A stretch of 41,164 nt of DNA from Chiloscyllium plagiosum (Eukaryota). The position numbers and the translations under genes were made by a program. The first letter of the stretch is position 1, and each line of letters opens with the position of its first letter. Where the stretch lies: NCBI RefSeq assembly GCF_004010195.1, contig NC_057718.1:84191730-84232893 (forward strand), read 5' to 3'. Of the stretch, positions 23,320 through 36,239 are shown one piece after another. Under the pieces are notes generated by a model that searched no databases, had not been told where the DNA came from, and saw nothing but the letters and a program-made list of their open reading frames with translations.

Positions 23320-25610
23320 TATCAGTAAGAGAGACCACCACACATTCCTTGTGGAGACAAAGTCTCGCCTTCATGTTGAACATATCCTCCAATGTGTTGT
23401 GTAACACTTCAAGTCATTCTGCTATAACGCGCATTTCATCAATGCGACATCGCTGTAATGCGACTGATGAATTGTGGACACTGTATTGAAAGTGCAAACT
23501 TTTAAAACTGTGGTGGCTGTAATGTGATTTAAGCACTGTTTCTAAGCGTGATTTTTCTGTAGAGCAGGGTTGCACAAGAGTCCAATCATTGCATTATAGA
23601 AGAACTGACTGTATCGCCATGCTAAATGGGACAGACTTTGAACAGATCTCAAGACTAGGCATCCATGAGGCATTGTGGGCCATCAATGACAGTAGAATTG
23701 TATTCCAGCACAATCTGTAACCTTAGGCGTGACATATCCCCACTCAACCATTACCATCAAGCTAGTGGATCATCCTGGTTTAATGGAGAGTGCAGGAGGG
23801 CATGCCAGGAGCAGCACCAGGCATACCTGAAGATGAGGCACCAACCTGGTGAAGCCACCAAACAGGACCACTTGCCTGCCAAACAGCATGAGCAGCAAGT
23901 GATAGACAGAGCTAAGCAGTTCCACAACCAATGGATCAGGTCTAAGTTCTGCAGTCTTGCCACATCCAGTCATGAATGGTGGTGGACAATTAAACAACTC
24001 ACTGGAGGAGAAGGCTCCACAAATATCTCCATCCTCAATGATGGAAGAGCCCAGCACATTAGTGCAAAAGATAAGGCTGAAGTTTTCACAGCTATCTTCA
24101 GCCAGAGGTGCCAAGTGGATGATCCATTTCTGTCTCCTCCGGTAGTCCCAGCATTGCAGATACCAGCCTTCAGCCAATTCGATTCACTCCACGTGATATC
24201 AAGAAACGGTTGAAGGCACTAGATACTGCAAAGGCTACGGGCCCTGACAACATCCTGGCAATAGTGTGAAGACTTGTGCTCCAGAAAGTGCCCCTCCCCT
24301 AGCCAAGCTGTTCCAGTACAGTTACAACACTGGCATCTACCTGATAATGTGGAAAATTGCACAGGTATGTCCTGTAATTAGCAGGATAAATCCAATCTGG
24401 CCAATTACTGCCTCTTCAGTTTACCGTCTATTATCAGTAAAGTGATGGAAGGTGTCATCAACAGTGTATCAAGCAGCACCTGCTCATGATGCCCAGTTTG
24501 GGTTCCGCCAAGGCTGCATTCGACTGCATTGGCATCAAGGAATCTTAGCAAAACTGGAATCAATCGGTATCAGGGGGCAAACTCTCTAGTGGTTCGAGTC
24601 ATACCTGACGCACAGGAAGATGGTTGTGGTTGTTGGAGGTTGGTCATCTCAGCTCTAGGATATCTCTGCAGGAGTTCCTCAGGGTAGTGTCCTAAGCCCA
24701 GCCATCTTCAGCTGCTTCAACACTGACATTCCCTCCATCATAAGATCAGAAGTGGGGGCGTTTGCCAATGTTCAGCACCATTCACTACTCCTCAGTCACT
24801 GAAGCAGTCCATATCCAAGTGCAACAAAATCTGGACAGTATCCAGGCTTGGCTGACAAGTGACATTCACACCACACAAATGCCAGGCTTTGACAATCACT
24901 AATAAGAGACAATCTAACCACTGTTCCTTGACATTTAATTATGTTACCATCATTGAATCCTCCACTATCAACATCCTGGGAGTTATCATTGATCAGAAAC
25001 TCAACTGGACTCACCGCATAAACACAGTGGCTACAAGAGCTCTGAATACTGTGACAAGTAACTCACTTCCTGACTCCCCAAAGCCTGTCCACCATCTACA
25101 AGACACAAGTCAGGAGTGTGATGAAGTAATCCCCACTTGCCTGCATGAGTGCAGTTCCAACAACATTTAAGAAGCTTAACACCATCCAGGACAAAGCAGC
25201 CAGATTGATTGCCACCACATCCAAGCATCTGCTCCCTTCACCACTAACACTCAGTAGCAGCACTGAGTACTATCTCCAAGATGCACTGCAGAAATTCACC
25301 AAAGATCTTCAGACAGCATCATCCAAACCACATGACCACCTCTATATGGGAACACTACCACCTTCAGTTTCCCTCCAAGTCACTCACTATCCTGACTTGG
25401 AAATATATCACCGTTCCTTCACTGTCAGTAGGTCAAAATCCTGGAATTCTCTCCTTTAATGGCATTGTGGGGCATTCTTCAATAGGTGGACTGCAGAGTT
25501 TTAAGAAGGCAGCTCACCACTACCTTCTCAAGGGAAACTAGGGACAAGCAATAAATGCTGGCCCTACAGTAATGCCCATGTCCCACAAAATGAATTTTTT
25601 AAAAAAAAAT
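23320..25610 (+). mobile_element. CR1-clade LINE, 5'-truncated, decayed RT with intact 3' tail
   Basis: WFNGECRRAC, KATGPDNI, QFGFRQG and GVPQGSVLSP motifs in broken frames. Ends GCAATAAATGCTGGCC...TGAATTTTTTAAAAAAAA. Confidence 0.88.
23410..23611. mobile_element. Tc1/mariner (Tigger-like) MITE nested in the LINE
   Basis: Imperfect TIRs AGTCATTCTGCTATAACGC and GCATTATAGAAGAACTGACTG, with TA on the right flank. Confidence 0.65.
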
Positions 25611-28530
25611 CAGTCTGCATAAATGCAAATATAAATTGGTGATGATCATTATCCTGCTTTGTCCTTCTGACTCATACACCAACGTTTTTTGTTCTCTGCA
25701 GGTCCCCTGTGGGTTCTATCTGTGTTCCTTCATCTTTGTAATTATTTTCAACTGTTGTTTTCCTATAAACCTCATGTTGAAACCTTTTGACCCTCAATCA
25801 GGGTTTATATTGGCCCTCTCTCCTCCTTTCCTGCATTTAAATTTCCCTGTACTCAGCGCATACATCGTCAGTGCAGTCCCTTATCTTCTGACCCCTGTGC
25901 AAATTCGACCAAAGTGGAATCTTCTCCCCTCTTATACAAATTCTACCAACATGGACCTTGACACAATTACAATGTCTGTGCAAATTCTACCAATGCAGGT
26001 TTCTTGTCCTCCTGGATGAATTCTATCAATGTGTCTTCTCCTTTGCCCTAGTTATGGGTAGTAAATAAATTATACTCCAAGATGAATATCTTGTGGTGAT
26101 GCCAGATGTTGGTTATTTCTGATGATCGACCACAAGAATCTTGAGTATAGTCCACTCTCTAGACTAGACTAGCTTGAATAAAAACTCAAATACAGAAAAG
26201 TCCAGCATCTCATTATCCAAATTTCAATCTTGTTTTTTACAAATATGAACAAATGTTCATTTTCGGTCATGTATTATTCATCCAGTCAAGTATCATTTAC
26301 AGTTTGCCCCATTCCTCATCAGTATCTGTTTTTCCTCCTTGTTTCGGAATCCTTTCTGACTCCAAACCGGTCTGGAATACTTTGCTGCACTAACACTCAT
26401 GTGGAACAATGTTCACCTGGGAATTTGCTTAATGTGAATGTAGAAATATGTTTTTAACCCTCATAGTCTACCGCACTTATACCGTGTCATCGGGATATGG
26501 TTCAAAGGGATCTCAGTCTGCATGTTCAATGGATCTTATCAGTGCAGAGCAGAAAATTAATAAAGCAACTAAATTGTGTTTGATACTTGAGTCAGTCTGT
26601 ACTGTGTATATTGTGTCCATGTCTAATCCTAATCATGCAAATAATCTCTGTTAGTCCACAACCGACCCAGAGAAGAAAATAAGGAAATTACTCTGTGCCA
26701 GAGGACTTCAGGAGTTAAAAACTTACATCTGCACTTTTCACTCACCATGTCTCAACTTTCTCTGATACTGAAATCCAGATTTTTATTTTCTGGAATAATT
26801 ATCTAATTTGTTGCAGTTGTCTTTGAATTTGCAGTTTGTCCAAATTCATAAATGTATTACTTTTGCACTTGAGTAATATTTCTGTAAATTAGTTTTTATA
26901 GTTGCACAGCTCACACTGTCTTCACTGTGTTCTACAATTTTTGACACGGTGAAATCATTTATCATGATCTGCAACTACTCATCCCTTTTGAATCCTAAAA
27001 CAAACTTCCCTGTTCCAGAAAGAAGACCGAGATAACTCAATCCTTCCATTGCCTCGATATTTCTGGTTGCTGTCTTCCATATCATTTCAACAACATCAAT
27101 ATTCATTTGGCAATATAGGAAACAAAACCGTTCACAGTATTCCAGGTGCACTTACACCGATGATTTGTAAAATGGCAGACTTTCCTCGATTTCACTTCAG
27201 TAATTGTCAATTAATAATTCCAACACTTGATGTGTGTTACTCATTGTCATGATTGCTTTAATTTTTAAGGTTCCAGTATCTCCATGCATTTTCTATACAC
27301 ATTATTTTATCCCTATTTAAGTACTTGTCTCCTTCCTTGATTTTGTGTCTGCGTATGAAGCAGTTTGCACTGCTCTATGTCCTAACATCTGCCACCTGCC
27401 ACCTGTCACAAGTACATGTTAATCCTCTTGTAGCTTATCCTGGTCAGATTTGCAATGTTCTGTTAGCTTTGTATCAAATTTAACCACTGTTCATAAGCTC
27501 CAGATCATTAATAAAGATTTTAAGAGGTCTCATGAAAAAAGGAATCCCTGTAGAACCTCATTGGTAACATTGTTTCATTGTATCATTGCGTATTTATTGT
27601 AAAATACTTCCATCGATCCCCACTTGCTTTTTTTCAGCACTAGCTTTTCCGGTAAATTTGTATCAAAAATGTCATTGAAATACAAATGCATTACATGCTG
27701 CATATTTCTTTGTTATATTCTCAAGAAAACCAGTAAATTGGATTGCAAGATTTCTCCATTGTAGGTCTATATTGCCTATAATGATGATCCTATTATATAA
27801 ATATTTCATGAACTTACCTGTAATAGAAATCTTCATAATTTTTACACATGATAAATGTCAAACTCACTGGTTCTAGCATCCTGGGTCATTTTTGTTTTTT
27901 TTTTAATTTGGAGCAACAGGTCTTCGGGCATCTCTCTTCTGTGATATTTGGAAGATTTGTTCCAAAGTTCCAGCACTTTCCTCCCTTAGATCCTCAAAAA
28001 TCATCAGTATCATTGACTCAAACAGGACTTGAGTGAATATTTGACATCTGATTTTCAACTCCTCTTCAGTGGGCTACGTTGGAGTTATAGATAGGAATTG
28101 AACAAATTAAAATTACATTTCAGCAATTTCATTCTTTAAATCCATGGTATTAAAATAAGCTATTGCATTTAATTTAATGTCATTTATAGATTCAGGGTAC
28201 AAATGGACTCTTGAGGTTATGCTGAGAAATAATCTGGTCATTTAAACTTTTAATATTGTATAGACTTGCTCCAATTGTCCAAAGAGATCTGAAATTGTTT
28301 TTGGATTTTCTTTCCCTTAACTTGCTGGAGTTTTTTCTGATTTATTACCTCTTTCAGTAAATTATATGGCTCTAGGTGGGTGTGATGCACAAGACACTAC
28401 AACTATGTGAATACGCTAGATTAAACTTTCTTTTGCTGATACCTTTTCTTAGGTTCATGTGTATGTATATATGTCTGCATAAATATGCTGTTTTTAACCA
28501 GTGTTTCTTTTGCCTCTTGTACTGTGCCAG

Positions 28531-28674
28531 ATTGCTGAGCTTGTTAAAGAGCTTCGCTGGGAATTAGATCAGCTGCTGGAAGATAAAATTAAGAAACCCA
28601 ATATGGACTTGTGTACTTGTCCACGGGGATCGCTTATCATTGACATGATTGTTAAACTTATAACCACTCAGTAA
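28531..28674 (+). CDS. DHX57: DHX57 last coding exon with stop codon
   Basis: gtgccag acceptor. Translates IAELVKELRWELDQLLEDKIKKPNMDLCTCPRGSLIIDMIVKLITTQ*, with TAA at 28672-28674. The ten exons splice into one uninterrupted frame of 1525 nt. Confidence 0.95.
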   Translation: MAELVKELRWELDQLLEDKIKKPNMDLCTCPRGSLIIDMIVKLITTQ

Positions 28675-28908
28675 GAACCAAGCTGAGAAAATGTTATTTA
28701 CCAAAATGACGTTGAGATGCACCGAGAACTTGGAGGAAGAACTGCTCAACCATTTGCACTATCTTCCCAAACACTGGCTACTGAATTTCAATTTCCTTGT
28801 AAGCATTTAAAGTGATGATAAAAATGATTGTGAACTGGTTGGTCTAGCTATGTCATGTATGCACAAGTTTTTGAATTATTGAAACAAACAAAACCTACAG
28901 GGTTGATT

Positions 28909-29269
28909 AATAAATGATATGTGACTGATAATTCTGAGCTACACCAACTTTTTACAGGAAGTCACATTTTTACTGTTCAACATGATGCATGTGGAAAACT
29001 GCAGAAGTGGATCATTATGTTTACCAGCCAAAATCTTCACATTAATTTAAATGAGGGCTATCAGCTTCACTTCAGTAGCATGTAGCTTTTCCCAGAAAAA
29101 TGCTAGTTTTGCATAAGGGAGTCACTGCTGGTGCGTTTTGAGATTTTGGTTATTTGGGCCACACTCAAAGTTTTTGAATCAGGTACAAGAGAAATATAAA
29201 ATGTATGACTGTCACACTTTCATCCCTGTGATATAGGATAAATAAATATTTTAAGAACTAAGAAATAAA
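28909..29269 (+). promoter_or_regulatory. Candidate DHX57 polyadenylation signals
   Basis: AATAAA at 28909-28914, 29241-29246 and 29264-29269, downstream of the stop. Which is used cannot be determined from sequence. Confidence 0.45.
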
Positions 29270-29599
29270 CATCTAGCAATGCTATCACGAGTGATTAACA
29301 ATGGTGTCAAAGTTATTGCATTTTTAAGTGTATTAGCATATAAATGGGTATCATAAATCCTTAATTATAATAGGTTTTGTAGGAATTACAAATACAAATA
29401 TCTATCTGTTCTCTGCTGCCTACTCCTTTTAAAATATTTTTTATATTCACTACATAGAAGGTAGTTGCCAAATGGCAACTTTCATGGCTCAAACCCAGTT
29501 TTACAGCTGGAGGTAACTAGAACTGGATATGATTTTAGAGGGGTTAACTTACTGGACAACTGAGAAGCCTGGACGAAAGTTCTGGTGCATGTCAGACAT

Positions 29600-29885
29600 T
29601 TAAATAATAAATCTGGAATAAAAAGTTCATCTTAGTAATGCTACCATGAAACTGCTAGATTGTCATAAAATCCCATCTAGTTCACCATTGACCTTTAAGG
29701 AAGACCTTTCATTCTCACCTGCGATTGACCCATGAGTGACTTCAGACACACACGCGTACTGAACTGTTTAAACGCAGTCTGAAATGGACTTGTAAGCCAC
29801 TGAATAGTACTCAAGAAGATGGCTTGAGTATTGGGGATGGATAATAATTGCTGGCCTTGCCAGTGCTTGTGAATGAATTTTTAAA
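29600..29885 (+). mobile_element. Degenerate SINE sharing the 3' tail of the 23320 LINE family
   Basis: AATAAATCTGGAAT...CCATGAAACTG...CCCATCTAGTTCAC core and GGGGATGGATAATAATTGCTGGCCTTGCCAG...TGAATGAATTTTT tail. Related to 39938-40250. Confidence 0.6.
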
Positions 29886-30074
29886 ACAGTAAAATGACTG
29901 GAAAAATGAGGAAAGAATGTGATAAGATTCTTAATATTAAACTTAACATGTCACATTTGAAGAGCTCACCACAAGAATTGGGTTAGAAAGGGTCATGCAA
30001 TCACATATCATCTTTTTTGATCTTGGGCAAAATCAAAGCACTCTTTCACAATTGGTGTAGTTTAGGGAATGTGG

Positions 30075-30398
30075 CTCACAGCAAGGTTCCAATATGTTAA
30101 ATAACCAGATAATCTGCTGTAATCTGTAGGTTGAGTGTTAACTAGAATACCAGTTTAGCTCTTCTGTTCTTTGAAATAGCACCATTGGATCTTTTGCATT
30201 CATCTAAGTATGCAGGCATTTAAGATGTCATTTGAAAGATTGCAATTCCTTGAGGAAAAGACGTTTTTTCCAACAGTTCAGGAATTTCTCCGTTCTGCAC
30301 CGAAATGCCAGCTGAGATTTTGCACTCCAGTCTCTGAAGTGAAGCTCAAACTGACAACTATCTGGAGATGGGGCTACCATTCAGCCATGTCTGATACT
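30075..30398 (-). mobile_element. Degenerate DeuSINE
   Basis: Resembles 2760-3020 and 18900-19045 (CACAGCAAGGTTCC, CTTTGAAATAGCACCATTGGATCTTTT, GCACTCCAGTCTCTG). Confidence 0.5.
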
Positions 30399-33297
30399 AG
30401 TTGAAGTACAGCTTTAAATTTTACTTACTGTTCACAACACAAGCTAAGTGGAAGGGTTTTAAAAAAAAAATTGAGATGTAAATAAGTGTGAAATTTAAAA
30501 ATAAAATTTAACATCTGAAACAGGTAGCTATGCCCTTTTTTGAATTGAACTTTGCCTCTGAGCAATTCAAGTTGAATGATATTTAGTGTATCAGTAATTT
30601 TTCTCTACCCCACTCACCATTCCTGTCCTGAATGATTATTTAATAGGCAGTGACCCTTTGTTTCAATTAACTGGACTTGCCTGAGCCAATCCTTCACAGG
30701 ATGGAGATCATATATATGATCAATATAATGCTTTAACCACTCTCTCCACTATTCCTCCCAACTTTGAGCTTAAAAGGAAATTGTATGTTGACAAAGAATC
30801 ACAATTCATAGCCATATTTTCAATGCAATTACAAATGTATTGTGACAGTTTAAAAATTGAGATTTTTAACTTATTTGTACTGTATGCTTTCTCTCTATCT
30901 CATTCTGTCTTTAGATATATGCAATAGCTTCACTTCCAGGAACACCTTTGACATTTCCACTGTTGAGATCAGTAGTCTGAAGATCTGTTGTTCTGTTGGT
31001 AACAATGATATTGCTTATGTTTGGTGTATAGACAAGCGGTACAGAATCTGCTAGACAGCTAGGTGGACACAGCAAGATAGAGTTCCCTGCTACATATAGT
31101 GATACATTCAGGTTCAAATAGATTAAGGAACAGTTAATTAAAAACATACCTTACCCAGATGAGAAGCTAAATGCCTGTTTTATTATGGGTGCATACACCC
31201 TTTTCCATTGTTCAGTTTTCATAATGATGCCTTACTGTGTGGCCACAACAGCTGACTGAACAAAGCATTTGGAAATCTCCAGAGAAGAATCATGTGGTTC
31301 ACATTACACTGTTTGGTCATCCTTCCATTTGACTGTGTTAACCACATAAGAAAACTATGCAGTAGCACTAATGATGCTGTATGTTTTTTCCAGACCATAT
31401 CTGAAATAAACTGAGGTATCCTTAATAGTACACATTAAGATGATCTACACCATGGGTTGCATGTTTCAAAAGAAATTTACCTTTTTTAAATAGTTTGAGA
31501 ATAGAATTTCAACTTCTGGTGACAAGACTTAATCATACACGACTGGTTCACCAGCTGCAATTTTTGATTGATTTCCTGTGGTTTGGGCCAAGGACTTGAG
31601 TTCATCACATCAGCCAAAGACATGTCAGAATAGGTTGATTGATCCTGTTGATATTAAGCAGTTCAGATAATGCTGGGAGGATTTCATTCATCTCAACCAG
31701 GACAATCTTACCATTTCCTCTGCTGCATCTAATTACATATTTATTATTCAAGTCTGTCTCTCTCTGTGAAATGAACAGTCTGTATGTTTAGTAATTGGTC
31801 TCCAGCCTTTAAAATCAACCTCCTGGCTCTTTCTGTCTGATGTATGAACATCTCTCATTTCTTCCTAGTCAACTACAGCTACATCACATGAAATGATCAA
31901 AGTCACTGTACAGTTTGGTCAATGTTAATCCAGACTTGTTATAGAGTTTTAGTTGTATACTTTAACAACCCACTGTGAATTGATCAGGACTTTGCATTGG
32001 TTGGTCATGTTAAAAATCAGATTTACCAACACTTAGAGCCTTTTGAACTTGGCCAAATGCCTTCTGGATGCCCATGTCCACTTTCTCAAATAAGTCAAGG
32101 AGTTTGGTCAGGATCCAAATGCTGTTGTGATAACTGTTTATTAGGTAATTACTGTACAGAATTTTCAATTTTGTCCTAACAGTAAATAAAAATAAAATGC
32201 AGACATTCATGATTAATTTTAGTTTTTTTGTCAGGAAGTATATTAAACTGTTGCTAATCCAGTAGTATTTCCCTAGTGTCTATTGACTCCTTCATTAATG
32301 ATTATCAATATCTGCCAAAACATCCTGTATGCTATCAGTTCTATATGGGATTTGTTTAAATGCCTTACTGCATATCTAAACATCAACACAGATGAATGGA
32401 AGTCATGAATTTTGTCTTGATCATCTAAAAAAAAATTGAGATTTTTGAGATTTGTACTTGTCCTGCACCAGAAGCATCTTCAAAGATATACCATGACATG
32501 GTAGTGAAAATGCACTGTAGGAAAGATTGAGCAATTACTCCTAACAAGAACTGGTAGGGCTCAGCATTTGACAGCATATTTTACCCTTCATTTGGAGGAA
32601 TCAATGAATCTGATCAAAGAGGAAGTTATGTAAAGTGGCAATGATCTTACTGCTAATTAGACAGATTTTTACTTGCAATTTATTTACTTGCTAATATTCT
32701 TGGTGTTGATTATTTGATTGCAGTGGCCAATCATCAAAAATATTAACATATACTGACCTATTACAAATAATAATCTGACCAGATTATCTGAGCATTAAGA
32801 TATCACCCATATTTCCACCCTTCACTACTTATATATCTCGTCATTCAAATAAATATAAAAACTATCTCCTGCACCTGTTCCAGTCATTCCTCCCGATGAT
32901 GGACAATGCATTGCTCAATGTTGAGACCTAACAGTTTGTTTAAGGTACACCTTTAGGATAGCAATTGTTAAAAACCTGCTCTAAAAAGCACATGATGCAA
33001 CTGTAAATATTTTCTTAAATGTTACCTCTGTCACTGTGAAAACCTTCAAATAATTAGATGATGATAATGGGATGACATGGGAGATCACAATTCTGTTATA
33101 ACCAGAACAGCTTCAGAACTTATACCATCTGATGACCTTCATCACTAAAGATGGGTGAAAATAATACTTCTTTCTCTTGGTTTGTTTTTCTGTAAACAAT
33201 CTGAGCAGGATTATTGTTGAGGTAGAATGATTCCAGAGACATTTAAGAGTAGTAGGTTTTCAGAAATGGTACATCAATTTGGATAAGATTAGCTAGT

Positions 33298-33303
33298 TTT
33301 ATT
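33298..33303 (-). promoter_or_regulatory. Candidate GEMIN6 polyadenylation signal
   Basis: TTTATT (AATAAA on the - strand) about 150 nt past the stop codon. Confidence 0.45.
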
Positions 33304-33451
33304 CTACAGACCAGCAAAAAGAGACACCACCAAATCATCATCAGGCTAGGGACCTATAATAGAAGTACATCTAATGTTTTAACAAAGGTGTTGAAGAACA
33401 GATGCCATATATACACAAGAAGAAACATATATTTAATAACTTCCCTTTCAA

Positions 33452-33836
33452 TCAATCAGTTTTCTGATCTGCATTTGGGTTACATTTGATGAGACTTTGA
33501 ACTCTGGATAGGATAATTTCATTGGAGCTGTTACAGTCTTCTGGATTGTATGGTGGAGATACTGTCAATACCCCAGCCACACATAGCAACTTGTTTTGGT
33601 CCCCCTGCTCTGTAACAGGAATCCGATTCTTTTCGAGCCAAGATTTAAGGCTAGACTTTCTTTGTTCAAGCTCCTCGTTGCTGTAAATCTTGGCAGCCAC
33701 AGGCATAAATAAGGCAGATAGCTTCTCCTTTGTGATGTTTTCTCCTTCACTCATCAGTTCCACTGTCTGAACTGCATGGCCCATAATAGTCACAACAGAT
33801 ACCTTCCCTGTATCCACGAAGTTGACCAGAACAATG
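33452..33836 (-). CDS. GEMIN6: GEMIN6 last coding exon
   Basis: ttttattttag acceptor. Translates IVLVNFVDTGKVSVVTIMGHAVQTVE...LKSWLEKNRIPV...LCVAGVLTVSPPYNPEDCNSSNEIILSRVQSLI...KTD*, a recognisable Gemin6 C-terminus. Confidence 0.95.
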
Positions 33837-34542
33837 CTAAAATAAAAATCAAATTGGTTACTGAGCACAACTAGCAAAGGTAGAAGAAACAACTGAAATT
33901 GCCCATGTTTCAGCAGAAGAAATACTGGTTCCCAAACAGATAACTACAGCCAAATGGGCACCTTCAATTCTACTCAGCAATTATTGAAACCGCAGATGTT
34001 CCGACTAGCCTGAACTGTCCCTATCACCTTGCTTTTCTGAGTCAACTCACTGGAACTATGAACGTTAGAACATAAGTAACAGTAGATCATATGGCTCTTT
34101 GAGCTTGTTGCATAATTTAATAATATAATGGTTACTCATTAACCTAAACTTCACTTTCCTGTCTGCTCCCCATATTCCTTAGTTTCCTGAGACCCAAAAC
34201 TCTGTTTATCTCAGATTTGGACAAATTCAAATGATGGAGCATCAACAACTTAGGTAGAGAATTTTAAACATTAAGTGAAGAAATGTCTCTTTATCTCAGT
34301 TCTTAATCTGAGATAGTGCCCTCATGCTCTAGATTCCCCAGCAAGAGGAAACCACCCTTCAGTGTCTATCCTATCAAGCCCTTTCAGAATCTTGTAAATC
34401 ACATGAGATCACCTCTCATTCTTCTAAACTCCAAAGCACACGCCCAATCCACTCATCCTTACATCAACTGATTCCTCGCCAATCTTGTGAACATTTGCTG
34501 CCCACCTTGAATGTAAGCATATCCTTCCTTAAATATGGACAC

Positions 34543-35238
34543 TATGGAAAATAAAGAGCATAAAAACCTGGGAAGGGTTAAAGCATGAAGACCACTGGCA
34601 ATCTGTTGCAAGGGCTACACTTGTCAAAAGGTCACTGTGCCAGGATGGGATAAGAATAGTGGAATGCTCCTACATCAATTAGCAGAGTAAGGTTGAGGCT
34701 GAAAGGTCAATATGGTGGGATGAGATAACAACAGTTAGTAAAGTCAGCCTCGCCTGCTAAATATCATCATGGCAGGTTGTGACAATAAATATTTGGGACA
34801 TGACATTAAATATTTAATTAATAGTTAGTAGAGTCAGCTTGCTTGAGACCCTTGACAGTAAAATATCTAATCACGACAGTATGGTCAGGGATGAAAGACC
34901 ATTGTTCTAGAGCAGATAGTAAAATATCTCTAATTGTGACATTAGAATAATATTAAGTAGAATGTAGGAAAAACCATCGTGGCAGAAAGAGGGAGATAAT
35001 GGAAATTAACATAATTGGTTTATTGTATAGCTGGAGTGAGGTAATTTTGATTAACAGTTGGACATGCTGATAAGCTCACAAAAAATTGATTAAGAAAGGT
35101 ATAAAGAGCCACGGACCCTGAGGTTCGGGGGCATTCAAGAATTTGCTTTCTGAGTGTCACGGTTTTTTGTTTGCAAATAAAAGACCTACTCCTTGAAGAA
35201 CTCTGCGTCTCCTGGTGATTCTCTACATTTTCTCCACA
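34543..35238 (+). mobile_element. Probable solo LTR (ERV-like), ~696 bp
   Basis: Interrupts the CR1 relic. Imperfect inverted ends TATGGAAAAT...ATTTTCTCCACA, flanks ACAC/ACAA, TATAAA at 35100-35105 and AATAAA at 35176-35181. Confidence 0.6.
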
Positions 35239-35569
35239 ACAACACCAAAACCCCAGGCAATTGTAGCAAGGCTTCCTCATTCTTGCACTCTAATCTCTTG
35301 CAATAAAGGCTATATCATTTACTTTCCTAATTGCTTGTTGTACCTGCATGTTAACATGTATCAGTAATCCAAGTCCCTCTGAACATTGACATTTACAAGT
35401 TTCACATGTAAAAACGTACTCTGCTTTTCTACTCTTACTAATAAAGTGAATAATCACTCACTTTCCCACGCCAGCTCTACCAGCTTGTTGCCGAGTCACT
35501 TAAACTGACTACATCTCAATGCAGCCTCTTTATGACCTCAAAGCTCTATTCGAAGCCAGCTCCTATTCC

Positions 35570-35688
35570 GGGGCTTGTGTGGTGCAGTGGTAGTGTCCCT
35601 ACCTCTGAACTAGAAGACTGGGGTTCAAGTCCCACCTGCTCCAGTGATGTGTCATAACATGTCTGGACAGGTTGATTAAAATTATTGA
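35570..35688 (+). mobile_element. Short tRNA-derived SINE with 6-bp TSD
   Basis: A box TGGTGCAGTGG and B box GGTTCAAGTCC. TATTCC at 35564-35569 and 35689-35694. Confidence 0.8.
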
Positions 35689-36239
35689 TATTCCAACTCA
35701 GGTCAAATCAGCAAATTTTTTTTCCACACTACTGTCTCTTTTTCTAAGTCATTAATATGTAATGTTGATGGCTCAGCACTGAACATTACAACATTTCACT
35801 ATTCTCCTTCCTGCCAACTCGAAAGTGCCCCCTTTGTCTCTAATATCTGACTCCTAACTATTAATCACTCTTTTATCCAGGCCAATATATTACCTCTAAC
35901 TCCATGATCTTGTTTTTTTTGGCATCTTATCAAATAGGTTTTGGAAATCCAAGTATATAATGCCTATTGTTTTCCTTCATCTATCCTTTTACTTACATTC
36001 TCAAAAACTCTATCAGGTTTGTCAAACACAATTTCCTTTTCATAATACCATGTTGATTTTATCTAATTTGTATGTTATTTTTAAGTACATTGTTAGAACT
36101 TCCTTAACAAGACATACCCACAGCCCATGAAAAAAAATACAAAATGTTCGGAATCTTGCGGGTACACACAAGTTAACGGTGATTCACTGTTAGTTGCAAG
36201 ACTGTGTTTGGAGTGTAATTCCAACAACATTGTCCGAAC

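Larger units (their letters stand above)
34065..36110 (-). mobile_element. CR1 LINE relic interrupted by a solo LTR and a SINE
   Basis: 3' tail near 34065. Reverse-strand RT motifs: YLDFQ/FDK-like at ~35925-35957 and QHG..KG.LCLTNL-like at ~36015-36055. Confidence 0.7.

Noticed and set aside
23665..25541. Cluster of ORFs up to 182 aa as a nested gene
   Set aside because: They are pieces of a decayed LINE ORF2.
31150..31225. Possible small - strand exon (MKTEQWKRVYAP... followed by GTAAG)
   Set aside because: No recognisable homology and no partner exon, so it is compatible with chance.
33058..33165. ATGATGA...CTGA (C/D snoRNA-like) and CTGATGA...GAAA (hammerhead-like) motifs
   Set aside because: No proper terminal stem or intronic context for a snoRNA. 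Stem II lacks a closing pair, and no stem III or cleavage site can be formed for a hammerhead.
35570..35645. Functional tRNA gene
   Set aside because: A and B boxes are present, but there is no convincing cloverleaf or poly-T terminator. TSDs and diverged dispersed copies indicate a SINE.
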